Part shown: in pieces, positions 9,565 through 20,922 of the stretch
Position numbering within the stretch: the first letter of the stretch is position 1
How the letters are laid out: each line of letters starts with the position of its first letter
From: Gammaproteobacteria bacterium
GTDB lineage: Bacteria > Pseudomonadota > Gammaproteobacteria > Eutrophobiales > Eutrophobiaceae
Direction: 5' to 3'
NCBI GenBank assembly: GCA_965238225.1
Contig: OZ250183.1
Span: forward strand, 384,001 to 448,000
DNA length: 64,000 bases
Notes under the pieces: generated by a model
The model's database searches: none
What the model was told of the DNA's origin: nothing
Seen by the model: only the letters and a program-made list of their open reading frames with translations
Made by a program: the position numbers and the translations under genes

Positions 9565-10875
9565 ATGGACTCACCTAAGCCGCAAACAGTCGTCACCAAC
9601 ATCGTTCGCAAACCAAAAATCATTCCTCGTTCAAAGCATGGCGTATCCCACTGTGATATTAGCAAAAATGCGCTGACAGTTTTGTATCGTTTGAAAAATG
9701 CGGGTTATCAGGCCTATCTGGTTGGCGGTGGTGTCAGGGATATTTTATTAGGACTAAGGCCTAAAGATTTTGATATCGCGACCGACGCGTATCCTGAGCA
9801 GGTCAGGGAATTATTTAGAAACTGTAGATTGATTGGGCGCAGGTTCAGACTCGCGCATGTCTATTTTGGCAAGGAAATTATAGAGGTTTCGACCTTTCGT
9901 GCGCCACACAATGATGCCTGTGATGGTGAAGGTCTTTCCGATGCCGGCAGAATCATTCGCGATAATGTTTATGGCAAGCTTGATGATGATGTCTGGCGAC
10001 GTGATTTTACGGTTAACGCGCTTTATTACAACATAGAAGACGATTCGATTGTTGATTATGTCGGTGGGTTTAAAGATATTAAAAACAGGCAGCTAAGATT
10101 AATTGGCATCCCCAAAGACCGTTATAGAGAAGACCCGGTGCGTATGCTAAGGGCGATACGATTTTCCATCAAACTTGGCTTTTCGATTCATCCTGTTTCC
10201 GAGCAACCGATTCGTGATTTGGCTCCTTTACTTGGAGGAATTCCCGAGGCACGTTTATTTGAGGAATTTTTGAAATTATTTATGGGTGGGCAATGCGCAA
10301 AGACCTACCAAAAACTGCGCGAATATAGTTTGTTTGCAATGTTATTTCCGCAAACGGAAGAATTCCTTAATCGGGGTGATGAATTTATTCACAAACTCCT
10401 TGCCTGCGCTTTCAGAAATACAGATGCGCGAATGATAGAAGATAAACCAGTAACACCTGCATTTCTGTTAGCAGTTTTATTATGGGTTCCTGTTAGAAGT
10501 CTTGCTAATAATCATAAAGGCAATGGTTTGTCAGAGATAGATGCCATTCATCTTGCCAGTGATGCGGTTATTTCACACCAGATAAGAAGTACTTCAATAT
10601 TACGACGCTTTACTCACATGATGCGGGATATGTGGTCGCTTCAAGTGCGTCTAAAAAATATTCGCGGTAAGCGCCCCTTAAGATTACTTGCACACCAACG
10701 TTTTCGCGCGGCCTACGATTTTCTACTATTACGTGCCGAGGCAGGAGAAGATGTACAGGAACTTGCAAGTTGGTGGCAAGCATTTCAAACAGAGCATATG
10801 GATATACAATTGGCAGCTAAAGAAGAACACCAAAAAAGGCGTCTTAAACACAGGAAAAAACGTTTTAAACAATAG
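9565..10875 (+). CDS. pcnB: Poly(A) polymerase I
   Basis: LVGGGVRD..LG..PKDFDIAT, LIGRRFRLAHV signature, RRDFTVNAL, EDPVRMLRA. Confidence 0.97.
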   Translation: MDSPKPQTVVTNIVRKPKIIPRSKHGVSHCDISKNALTVLYRLKNAGYQAYLVGGGVRDILLGLRPKDFDIATDAYPEQVRELFRNCRLIGRRFRLAHVYFGKEIIEVSTFRAPHNDACDGEGLSDAGRIIRDNVYGKLDDDVWRRDFTVNALYYNIEDDSIVDYVGGFKDIKNRQLRLIGIPKDRYREDPVRMLRAIRFSIKLGFSIHPVSEQPIRDLAPLLGGIPEARLFEEFLKLFMGGQCAKTYQKLREYSLFAMLFPQTEEFLNRGDEFIHKLLACAFRNTDARMIEDKPVTPAFLLAVLLWVPVRSLANNHKGNGLSEIDAIHLASDAVISHQIRSTSILRRFTHMMRDMWSLQVRLKNIRGKRPLRLLAHQRFRAAYDFLLLRAEAGEDVQELASWWQAFQTEHMDIQLAAKEEHQKRRLKHRKKRFKQ

Positions 10876-10922
10876 CGTTAAGTAATATATATCAAAAGAA
10901 TGAAACTAGAGTTTTGTGAAAT

Positions 10923-11402
10923 ATGGTTAAAGCATACATAGGCTTAGGCAGCAATCTTAATGATCCGCAATCGCAACTAAAAAAAGCGATCATTTCAATG
11001 GAAATGATACCTTCATCTTCTGTGAAGAAAACATCTTTTTTTTACAAGAGTAAGCCTGTTGGTCTTCAGGATCAACCCGACTATATTAATGCTGTCGCCG
11101 CGCTTGATACAGAATTATCCGCATTAGTTTTGCTGGATTATTTACAAGCGATTGAAAATGATCAAGGGCGTGAAAGAAAGATAAAATGGGGCGCGAGGAC
11201 TTTGGATCTGGATATTCTGTTATTTGGTAATGAGATTATTAATGATGATCGTTTGCAAGTTCCTCATGTCGAAATGTACAAACGCAGGTTTGTGTTATTG
11301 CCACTGAATGAAATATTTTCTGACTGTATAATCCCTGGTGTGGGTGCAATTAGTAGCTTATTGCAGGAAAATAATATCGATGATCCAGTAAAATTGATTT
11401 AA
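10923..11402 (+). CDS. folK: 2-amino-4-hydroxy-6-hydroxymethyldihydropteridine diphosphokinase
   Basis: AYIGLGSNL, QPDYINAV, WGARTLDLDILL. Confidence 0.96.
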   Translation: MVKAYIGLGSNLNDPQSQLKKAIISMEMIPSSSVKKTSFFYKSKPVGLQDQPDYINAVAALDTELSALVLLDYLQAIENDQGRERKIKWGARTLDLDILLFGNEIINDDRLQVPHVEMYKRRFVLLPLNEIFSDCIIPGVGAISSLLQENNIDDPVKLI

Positions 11403-11405
11403 GAA

Positions 11406-12056
11406 ATGAACGGACAAAAACAACCCGATTATATTGTTGTTGAAGGCTCGATTGGTGTTGGGAAAACATCGCTGGCCAAGCGTCTTGCGACAACCTTTAA
11501 AACGGATATGATGCTTGAATTACCTACGGAAAATCCTTTTCTTGAACGTTTCTACGAAAACACGGAAACTGCAGCATTGCCGACACAGCTTTATTTTTTA
11601 TTTCAGCGCACCAAGCAACTTGAAATATTTCGTCAAGCAGATTTGTTTAGGCCGACTCAAATTTCAGATTTCCTGATTGATAAAGACAGGCTATTTGCCG
11701 AAGTGATACTAAAGAAAAATGAGTTTGATTTGTATCAGGAGGTTTACAATCGAGTAATGTTCGAGGCACCTATTCCTGATTTGGTCATTTATTTGCAGGC
11801 ACCAATTCGGGTTTTACTGAATAGGATTTTAGATCGAGGTATCCATTATGAAAGGCATATAAGCGAAGAGTATCTGACTAAAATTACCAATGCCTATATA
11901 GATTTTTTCTATCACTATAATAAATCACCTCTGCTTATTGTGAATACGGATGATTTTGATTTGGTTAACAATACAGATCATTATGCCATGCTGTTAGAAC
12001 AGATTTGTTGCCTAAAAACAGGCAAACACTATTTCAATCCAAAGGAAATTGCGTGA
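11406..12056 (+). CDS. Deoxynucleoside kinase
   Basis: VVEGSIGVGKTS P-loop, NPFLERFY, TQLYFLFQR, PDLVIYLQA. Confidence 0.9.
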   Translation: MNGQKQPDYIVVEGSIGVGKTSLAKRLATTFKTDMMLELPTENPFLERFYENTETAALPTQLYFLFQRTKQLEIFRQADLFRPTQISDFLIDKDRLFAEVILKKNEFDLYQEVYNRVMFEAPIPDLVIYLQAPIRVLLNRILDRGIHYERHISEEYLTKITNAYIDFFYHYNKSPLLIVNTDDFDLVNNTDHYAMLLEQICCLKTGKHYFNPKEIA

Positions 12057-12850
12057 CAAAAGTTAGCATATCACGATTGATTGAAATGAAAGCTGCTGGG
12101 GAAAAGATAGTTTCTTTAACGGCTTATGATGCAAGTTTCGCGACTGTGCTTGATGAAGCAGGTATTGAAATTATTTTAGTGGGTGATTCTTTGGGCATGG
12201 TTTTGCATGGCGAAGACAATACTTTGAATGTCACCATGGAAGATATGATTTACCACACCAAGCAAGTTGTCAAAGGTTCAAAGAGTGCCATGATTATTAG
12301 CGATATGCCGCATAAAAGTTATCTGAATCCTGAACAAGCTTTGAGTAATAGCAGACGTTTGATTGAAGAAGGTGGTGCAGATGTTGTCAAATTAGAACGA
12401 GGAGATAGCAGTGTCTGCGATATGATACGACATATTGTTGCCCATGATATTCCTGTGTGCGCCCATTTAGGCTTAACTCCACAATCCATAGAGAATCTTG
12501 GCAGTTATAAAGTCCAAGGCAGGGATCCTGCTTCGGCAAAACAGATAAAACTAGATGCGCAGGCAGTACAAGCAGCGGGTGCTTCCATGTTGGTGCTTGA
12601 ATGTGTTCCCTCAGTATTGGCAGCAAGTATTACTACCGAAATTCGGATTCCAGTGATCGGTATTGGCGCAGGGTTAGAGTGTGATGGTCAGGTTTTGGTT
12701 ATATATGATCTTTTAGGGGTATCAGGTCGCCAACCGAAATCATCAAAAAATTTTCTTGCAGTGTCGTCTTCAATCCAAACTGCTGTTGACTTATACATTA
12801 CTGCTGTAAAGTCAGGTGATTTCCCAGCGATAGAACATCAGTTTAATTAA
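12053..12850 (+). CDS. panB: 3-methyl-2-oxobutanoate hydroxymethyltransferase
   Basis: LTAYDA, ILVGDSLGM, HLGLTPQS, IGIGAG..CDGQVLV; GTG start at 12053 overlapping the upstream stop. Confidence 0.96.
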   Translation: MTKVSISRLIEMKAAGEKIVSLTAYDASFATVLDEAGIEIILVGDSLGMVLHGEDNTLNVTMEDMIYHTKQVVKGSKSAMIISDMPHKSYLNPEQALSNSRRLIEEGGADVVKLERGDSSVCDMIRHIVAHDIPVCAHLGLTPQSIENLGSYKVQGRDPASAKQIKLDAQAVQAAGASMLVLECVPSVLAASITTEIRIPVIGIGAGLECDGQVLVIYDLLGVSGRQPKSSKNFLAVSSSIQTAVDLYITAVKSGDFPAIEHQFN

Positions 12851-13692
12851 TGCAACAGCTTACTAAAATAAAAGCACTCAGAAGTTGTGTGCGAGCTTGG
12901 CATCAACTAGGTAAATCGGTGGCATTGGTGCCGACTATGGGTAATTTACATGTAGGACATCTGCAATTGGTCAAGAAAGCAAAGACTGTGTCTGATAAAA
13001 CAGTAGTTTCTATTTTTGTAAATCCCACACAATTCGTTGCGGGAGAAGATTTTGAAACTTATCCGCGTACAATTGAAGATGATGTTGAACACCTGAGTGC
13101 TATTTCGCCAGATCTAATATTTATTCCCGAAATTGATGAAATGTATCCTGACGGTTTCGAATGCGAAACTCAGGTGCTTGTGCCGGGGCTTGGCAATATT
13201 TTTTGTGGTGAATTTCGGCACGGGCATTTTACTGGTGTTGCGACAGTCGTCAGTAAATTGTTGAATATAGTTCAGCCGGATATCGCCTTTTTCGGAAACA
13301 AGGATTACCAACAGTTTCTGGTAATCAAAAAAATGGTAACTGATCTACATATCCCGATTGAGATCGTTGCTGTAGAGACTGTCAGGGAAGAAGATGGTTT
13401 GGCATTAAGCTCTCGCAATCGTTACCTTAACATACGGGAAAGAAAAATTGCTGCCGAGCTTTATAAAGCACTGTTAGAGGTAGCCGAGGCAGTGAAATCT
13501 GGAAAGGATGATTATCAAAAACTTGAGGCCAGTGCTATCGCTCATCTTGAAAGCAAAGGCTTTAAAATAGAATATTTGAACATCAGAAATACATCGAATC
13601 TGGGTGAGCCAACAGGCAAACAATTACTTGTATTAGCAGCAGCACGGCTTGGTAAGGCGCGACTTATTGATAATATCCAAATCAAGCGTTGA
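12850..13692 (+). CDS. panC: Pantoate--beta-alanine ligase
   Basis: VPTMGNLHVGH, SIFVNPTQF, KDYQQ, GLALSSRN, RLIDN. Confidence 0.97.
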   Translation: MQQLTKIKALRSCVRAWHQLGKSVALVPTMGNLHVGHLQLVKKAKTVSDKTVVSIFVNPTQFVAGEDFETYPRTIEDDVEHLSAISPDLIFIPEIDEMYPDGFECETQVLVPGLGNIFCGEFRHGHFTGVATVVSKLLNIVQPDIAFFGNKDYQQFLVIKKMVTDLHIPIEIVAVETVREEDGLALSSRNRYLNIRERKIAAELYKALLEVAEAVKSGKDDYQKLEASAIAHLESKGFKIEYLNIRNTSNLGEPTGKQLLVLAAARLGKARLIDNIQIKR

Positions 13693-13784
13693 AGAGTGGG
13701 AAATTTTCCGCCATAATCTTATCCATCGTAAATTATTGCTTCAGTCTAGGTGCTTTAAATACAAAAACAAAGTCATAATTAAGT

Positions 13785-14165
13785 ATGCAACTTACTGTTC
13801 TTAAAGCAAAACTTCATCAGGCCAGTGTCACACATTCGAAGCTAGACTACGACGGCTCCTGCGCCATTGATAGTGTCTTGTTAGAAAAGGCTGGAATTCA
13901 TGAATATGAGCAAATCCAAGTCTACAACATTACCAATGGTGAGCGTTTTACCACTTATGCCATTCATGCTGAAAGAAAATCACGTATTATTTCCGTAAAT
14001 GGCGCCGCCGCCCACAAAGCAAACCCAGGGGACAGAGTGATTATTTGCAGCTATGCAAGATTGGACGAAAAGGAAATTGCAAGCCATAAGCCAACGCTTA
14101 TCTACATGGATAAAGAAAACAATATTACCCATATCAATAATCATATCCCGGTACAGGCTGCCTGA
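13785..14165 (+). CDS. panD: Aspartate 1-decarboxylase
   Basis: [13 protein letters not shown] cleavage site, [15 protein letters not shown]. Confidence 0.97.
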   Translation: MQLTVLKAKLHQASVTHSKLDYDGSCAIDSVLLEKAGIHEYEQIQVYNITNGERFTTYAIHAERKSRIISVNGAAAHKANPGDRVIICSYARLDEKEIASHKPTLIYMDKENNITHINNHIPVQAA

Positions 14166-14198
14166 TTTTTAAGTTTGGTTTTGATTTAGGGATATTGA

Positions 14199-16526
14199 TC
14201 AATCAAATTCTAATGGGTACCAATCACTATTGGTATCGTATTCCTCATTGTCATTTAGTTTAAAAATACCATTTTGTGCTAACTTAACAATTCCGCCCCA
14301 TAATATTTGCTTTTTCGTAATAAAATTATCACTGGCATCTTTGTAAGTCTGCGTGCCAGAATTATTGGTAATATATCTTTGTAATGTTTCTGCCTTGTGT
14401 TTAGCAACTTCGGCAGTAATGCCGCTTTTGGTATCAAAAATACCAATTCTGTCACCTTGTTTAACAATGAAATCTGGGTAAAAAACACGATTTATATCCT
14501 GACTGTCTCTATACTCTATGCCGAATGCCTCACGCCCGCTATCAGCATTTTTATACCACCAATCTATATTATCTTGTTGCTCTAAAAAATCTATAAAAGT
14601 TTCCTCATCACCTTGACTATCTACATAGCATTTATCTAACACATATTTATTTGCTGTGTATTCTTGGTGATTATCACTATAGTGATATTCTGCCAGTATT
14701 TTAAAATCAAGTTCCTGCCTTTCCTTTTCTGCTTTTTTTGCAATTTCTTTTTCCCTAATAGGCTTATAAGCCGACAAAGCTTCCTCAATAACTTTCTTTA
14801 AAACACTGCCCGTTTCTTTATTTAAGTCATTGCTGATAGCAGCATAGCGTTTTTGATCATCTTCTATATAAGGTCTAAGCCAAACATTAAATGCTTGCTT
14901 TAGAGTTACCCATGAACGCGAAACATTGCCAAATTTAGAGTTCTCCTCTTGATTAGATAATTCTTTATAAAGTAATAATTCATAAAATTTACGCACATCG
15001 TTGTAAGATGATGCATGTGTTAGATAATCCACATCTCCTGCTAATTCTCTAATAAAATCATCATAAACTGCAATATCTGCATCAATAATCAATTGGTTGG
15101 TAATATTAGTTTTTGTGATATCAAAACCTTTATTATTTAATTTACTGGCAGCATTAGTGTAGTTTGATGCATCATCCTCTGTGAGATTAAAATATTCATT
15201 AGCCATCTCAAGGAATGTTTTCTGGAATGTCCAAGCTAAATTATTATAACTTGTTCTCCCTAAAAATACCGATGATAAATTTACGTTATCTACGCCTATT
15301 TTTAGTTTGGCAATCAAGTATTTTGGTAGGTTTTCGCCGTCTCTAGGCGTAGCATCCGATATTTCTTGTTTTTCATAAGAGGTATAACAATAAGCGTGGT
15401 TTAACTCAGGATTTTTATAATGTTTTGCCTCTGGCATTCTTAATATTCTCCCTAAAACTTGGGTTTTAAATACTGGGTTTCTCATCTCTCTAAAAGACAC
15501 TAAAATGCTAGCACGAGGGCAATCCCAACCTGTGGCAATAGCCTGTTTAAAAATTAACGCCTTAACCATTGAATACGGCTTAACAATATTCGCTAAATTT
15601 TCTTTTTTATTACTCAGCCAAATTGAGTAGTTAATGTTCTTTTCTTGTAAATATCTTTTACATAACTCTAATTTATTTTGCCCGTCATCAGTGGGTTTAT
15701 TTTTTTCGTCATTGGGTAATTGAATTAAAATTAATGGGTTGATATCAGCGTCAATGGCTTGATACGCTTGTGTTAATTGTTGTTGTTTTTCTAAGGCTAA
15801 ATCTAATAATAATTTATCTAAATCCTGTGCAGTATTTTGTGCCTCCACCTCCTCTTTAGGCATAATTTTAATACTTTCTTTAATTAAACCCTCAGCCACA
15901 ACTTCATTATTGTTAATTTGTACCAATCTCCCCTCATCATTATCTGCTTGCAACATATCAGGTATATGCTCTGGTGTAGCAGAAACATAAATAGATATTC
16001 TTGGGTTAATAATATTGGTAATTTTTTGGGCAAGTTCAGTACTTAGATTAAGATGTGATTCATCAACGATCATCACAATGGTGCGGTTCTCTAGGTGAGT
16101 ATTTTTAATGAAGGTATCAAATGAAATATTTGCCTCGCCATCAGTGCGTAATTTTTTATTTTCTCTTGCTCTTGAGATAATTTTTTCCCAATTAACAAAA
16201 AATATTTCGTGTTCTTTTAAAAAACCATTATTTAAGTCGTTTAAATCCAATAGATGATTGCTATGTCCATTGTAATAATCAGCCAATTTGTGCTTGGATT
16301 GTGTGGCTAATTCTCCTTTGGAAATCCAGACAAAAGCCATATCCGCATCAAAAAAACCATTAATACTGCATATTTGTTTTAAAAATTCTGCCATCATGAC
16401 GGTTTTACCACTGCCAGTTGGCGACTTAAAGGTTAAAAAAGCGTTAGGCTTGCCCGCTTTGTATAATTCAAAAAAAGCTTGTTTTAGTTCTGCAATCGCA
16501 TCTTCTTGAAACTGTTTTAAAAACAC
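14199..16526 (-). CDS. Type III restriction enzyme Res subunit (SF2 helicase plus PD-(D/E)xK nuclease)
   Basis: SPTGSGKT, IVDESH, SAT, ATGWDCPRA, QVLGRILR, C-terminal FYPDFIV..IFDTK; GTG start overlaps the mod stop (TAGTG). Confidence 0.88.
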   Translation of the reverse strand: MFLKQFQEDAIAELKQAFFELYKAGKPNAFLTFKSPTGSGKTVMMAEFLKQICSINGFFDADMAFVWISKGELATQSKHKLADYYNGHSNHLLDLNDLNNGFLKEHEIFFVNWEKIISRARENKKLRTDGEANISFDTFIKNTHLENRTIVMIVDESHLNLSTELAQKITNIINPRISIYVSATPEHIPDMLQADNDEGRLVQINNNEVVAEGLIKESIKIMPKEEVEAQNTAQDLDKLLLDLALEKQQQLTQAYQAIDADINPLILIQLPNDEKNKPTDDGQNKLELCKRYLQEKNINYSIWLSNKKENLANIVKPYSMVKALIFKQAIATGWDCPRASILVSFREMRNPVFKTQVLGRILRMPEAKHYKNPELNHAYCYTSYEKQEISDATPRDGENLPKYLIAKLKIGVDNVNLSSVFLGRTSYNNLAWTFQKTFLEMANEYFNLTEDDASNYTNAASKLNNKGFDITKTNITNQLIIDADIAVYDDFIRELAGDVDYLTHASSYNDVRKFYELLLYKELSNQEENSKFGNVSRSWVTLKQAFNVWLRPYIEDDQKRYAAISNDLNKETGSVLKKVIEEALSAYKPIREKEIAKKAEKERQELDFKILAEYHYSDNHQEYTANKYVLDKCYVDSQGDEETFIDFLEQQDNIDWWYKNADSGREAFGIEYRDSQDINRVFYPDFIVKQGDRIGIFDTKSGITAEVAKHKAETLQRYITNNSGTQTYKDASDNFITKKQILWGGIVKLAQNGIFKLNDNEEYDTNSDWYPLEFD

Positions 16527-18262
16527 TAAATCACTCCAATGGTTTGGTAAATCTTTAAAATATGATTGGGGATCTCGGTTAGAGTAATATTATCAAACTC
16601 TGTAAAATCATCAGTTGATAAGTGAGGATAAGAATATAGCCTGCAAGGCTTGTCCAGCCCCACAAGAAAATCTATTAACTCACATAATGAGTTTGTATTT
16701 TCTGAGAAATAAATACCAGTTGCTTTTATTTCGGAGGTAAATATTTGATAAGAATCATTAGCCTTAATCTCATTAAAAGTATTTTCCTTTAATGCCAGTA
16801 CCACGCCAACACGATAAGAAAAGATAATTTTATCATTATCGGTGATCTCATCCATCTTCTCCTTGGGCACAAAATCAGTTTTTAGATAATGCAATGCTCC
16901 ACCTATGCCCTCAACGACTTTACCTTTTGGTGTGGTGTAGCCTTCAATGACTCGTTTTACCCGCTGGTAAGTAATATCCTCACAAATGCCATTTTCATTA
17001 TTGGTCGCTAAAATGCACTGACGATTCCCGCCGTCTTCTTTATTGAGTTCTAAAACAGCATGTGCGGTTGTTCCTGAGCCTGCAAAGAAATCTAAGACTA
17101 TTGCGTTTTGTTTGTTGCTACATGCTAGTATCGCTTCTTTAACTGCTCCAGTTGCTTTGGGATACTGAAAAATCTCTCTTTCCCCGAGTATTTTATCAAG
17201 TGTTCTCGTGCCATAATCACTTGCTGAAAATATAGAATCATACCAAACTGATTGAGATAGTCGTCCATCCAAACCTCCTCTAAACTTAAAATAAACTTGA
17301 TAATCGTGTTTGGTTTTTTTAACCCATAAATCGCCATTTTTATACATTTTATCAATTACATCCTTACCTTTACGCCAAATTCTTTGTTTATCCTCTGTGT
17401 CATTAGGTAATATCTTAATTTTTAATTTTTCAGATAAACTAACTTTCTCGGTCTTAGGATCAAAGTATATAGGGTAATATCTATTAGACAGTTTGCCTTT
17501 TTTATTTAAAGCATTACTGTCCACTCCCTGTTTTCTGAGATTGACAGGAAGATACCAAGTGCCGTCCGTATCTTTTTTATAATTATGACTTTTCTGCGAA
17601 GGGACTACAGGCAATTTCTTTATAGACGAATTTTTCGTGCAGCCAAAAAATAAAGCGTATTCATGTACAAGAGAAAATTTCCTCTTAGTCATTCTTCCTT
17701 TCGGATTGTTTCTTATAACCACAGAACCCAAATGATTAAATTCACTAAAAATTGTCTCCATTAATAACCACAATCTTGGCATTTCACAATCATCAATAGT
17801 TACGCAAATTATACCGCTAGGAGAAAGAATATTTTTAGCCAATTTTAATCGTTTTTCCATGAAAGACAGCCATTTGCTGTGTCGGTATTCGTCATCTTTG
17901 CCTACATAGTCATTATTATATTTCCAATCTCTAGCTCCAGTGTTATAAGGAGGGTCAATATAAATAACATCTATTTTCTTTTGATGAGTTACATTAAGAA
18001 CACTCAGGGTATGGTAATTATCACCCTCTATTAGAATATGCGGCTGTTGGTTGCCCTTACTGCTTGGTTTATTGATATCAGGGTATTTTTTATCTGCTTT
18101 TTTGCTTAAAACGGGATAGGCTTGTTGCGATTGTTCATCAAAAGCCTCGGGCTTATCCTCCCAAACCAAACCATACTTTTTCTGTTGCTTTAATTCGGTA
18201 TTCTCAGTTTCTAATTTTGCAATTTTATCTTCTAAGTTTGTAATTATTTGTTTGTTGTCCAT
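16526..18262 (-). CDS. Type III R-M Mod subunit (beta-class adenine DNA methyltransferase)
   Basis: KYGLVWE, LIEGDN, IYIDPPYNTG, DFFAGSGTT; the likely start is ATG 18262 because the longer ORF runs through the tRNA. Confidence 0.9.
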   Translation of the reverse strand: MDNKQIITNLEDKIAKLETENTELKQQKKYGLVWEDKPEAFDEQSQQAYPVLSKKADKKYPDINKPSSKGNQQPHILIEGDNYHTLSVLNVTHQKKIDVIYIDPPYNTGARDWKYNNDYVGKDDEYRHSKWLSFMEKRLKLAKNILSPSGIICVTIDDCEMPRLWLLMETIFSEFNHLGSVVIRNNPKGRMTKRKFSLVHEYALFFGCTKNSSIKKLPVVPSQKSHNYKKDTDGTWYLPVNLRKQGVDSNALNKKGKLSNRYYPIYFDPKTEKVSLSEKLKIKILPNDTEDKQRIWRKGKDVIDKMYKNGDLWVKKTKHDYQVYFKFRGGLDGRLSQSVWYDSIFSASDYGTRTLDKILGEREIFQYPKATGAVKEAILACSNKQNAIVLDFFAGSGTTAHAVLELNKEDGGNRQCILATNNENGICEDITYQRVKRVIEGYTTPKGKVVEGIGGALHYLKTDFVPKEKMDEITDNDKIIFSYRVGVVLALKENTFNEIKANDSYQIFTSEIKATGIYFSENTNSLCELIDFLVGLDKPCRLYSYPHLSTDDFTEFDNITLTEIPNHILKIYQTIGVI

Positions 18263-18303
18263 AGTGCATACTAACTCTGAGAAACCGTCATTGGATTGTA
18301 AAC

Positions 18304-18388
18304 TGGTACCAGTGGCCGGAATCGAACCGGCACTCCCGAAGGAACGTGGTTTTGAGTCACGCGTGTCTACCAATTCCACCACACTGGC
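18304..18388 (-). tRNA. tRNA-Leu (anticodon CAA)
   Basis: GCCAGTGTGGTGGAATTGGTAGACACGCGTGACTCAAAACCACGTTCCTTCGGGAGTGCCGGTTCGATTCCGGCCACTGGTACCA; 85 nt with a long variable arm; one A.C mismatch in the anticodon stem. Confidence 0.93.
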
Positions 18389-18692
18389 ATAAATTTTTGC
18401 AAGTTTTTAGCAAGATAAAAACAAATTCATACTTATTAATCATAGCAATTAGATATCATAAGACGCAGTCATTTTTGCAGCCGATGCGATCCTTGGCAAA
18501 AATCCTGTCTCCATGGCGTTTATGCTTTTTTTGTGCATAAGCTACTTATTTTTAGTTTAACAATTTCAGTCTACCAATTTTTCCCTGAAAATATCTGTCA
18601 TTTGGTAAGTGCTTTAAGTATATGTAAACTTAGCCCACGTTAAAACCTCTTTATTGCTGTCTTCTAACTGAATTTTGATACCATCGCACCTT

Positions 18693-19718
18693 ATGCGACG
18701 AAATGAATTTTCCTACCAATTATCCGAAGAGCTGATTGCTCAGTTTCCAAGTGAGCAAAGGGACAGTAGCCGATTGTTAGCAATGGAATGTTCATCTGGA
18801 CGATTAACAGACCTTGAATTTTCCAACCTGCTTGATTTGTTAAAGACAGGTGATCTACTGGTTTTTAATGATACTCGGGTGATTCCCGCAAGATTGCTTG
18901 GTCATAAAGAAACAGGAGGCAAGATTGAGATTCTATTAGAGAGAACTTTAGGCGACAGGCGGATGTTGGCACAGATTCGTGCAAGCAAATCACCAAGTTT
19001 AGGTAATTTGATTCATTTACAGGATGATATAAAACTTGAATTGATAGAAAGACAGGATGATATGTTTATCCTTGATGTGCTTGGTGAGATGAGCGTTTTG
19101 TCCCTCACGCAGCAGGTTGGGCGCATGCCGTTGCCGTCCTATATTCAACGTGATGATGATGTAGAGGATAAGGATAGGTATCAAACGGTTTATGCAAAAA
19201 ACCTTGGCGCCGTTGCTGCACCAACTGCGGGCTTACATTTCACTCACGAACTTATGCGAGAAATCACAGCGCAGGGGATTGACAGTGCTTTTGTCACTTT
19301 GCACGTTGGTGCTGGTACGTTTCAACCTGTTCGGGTTGATAATATCGAAGATCATCAAATGCATAGCGAATACCTCGAGGTATCATCGGACGTCTGTGAA
19401 AAAATTAAGCAATGTAAAAGTAGAGGAGGTCGAGTCATTGCTGTTGGTACCACTGTTGTCAGGTGCTTGGAGACGGCGGCGCAATCTGGATCATTAAAGC
19501 CATACCAAGGCGAGACTGATATTTTTATTTATCCTGGTTATAAATTTAAAGTAGTGAATGCGCTTATCACCAATTTTCATTTATCAGAATCTACTTTGTT
19601 AATGTTGGTTTCTGCATTTGCTGGCCGAGATAATATAATGGATGCTTATCAGCATGCGATAGATAAAGCCTATCGTTTTTTTAGTTATGGTGATGCTATG
19701 TTCATTTCGAAGAGCTAA
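18693..19718 (+). CDS. queA: S-adenosylmethionine:tRNA ribosyltransferase-isomerase
   Basis: LIAQFP, VFNDTRVIPARL, YQTVYA, AAPTAGLHF, TLHVGAGTF, YRFFSYGDAM. Confidence 0.96.
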   Translation: MRRNEFSYQLSEELIAQFPSEQRDSSRLLAMECSSGRLTDLEFSNLLDLLKTGDLLVFNDTRVIPARLLGHKETGGKIEILLERTLGDRRMLAQIRASKSPSLGNLIHLQDDIKLELIERQDDMFILDVLGEMSVLSLTQQVGRMPLPSYIQRDDDVEDKDRYQTVYAKNLGAVAAPTAGLHFTHELMREITAQGIDSAFVTLHVGAGTFQPVRVDNIEDHQMHSEYLEVSSDVCEKIKQCKSRGGRVIAVGTTVVRCLETAAQSGSLKPYQGETDIFIYPGYKFKVVNALITNFHLSESTLLMLVSAFAGRDNIMDAYQHAIDKAYRFFSYGDAMFISKS

Positions 19719-19748
19719 GGATTAAGGGTAAAAATAAAAGATTGTTAG

Positions 19749-20870
<1,122 letters not shown>

Positions 20871-20922
20871 TTACTCGCTTTAATTTTTGTTAGTCCAAAT
20901 AACATTAGGAAACATTTAGGAA

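Noticed and set aside
16526-18262. Phase-variable mod (phasevarion)
   Set aside because: No simple-sequence repeat tract was seen in the gene or its leader.
18263-18382. 40-aa N-terminal extension of Mod in the ORF track
   Set aside because: It is a translation of the tRNA-Leu gene and spacer; Mod-like sequence begins at ATG 18262.
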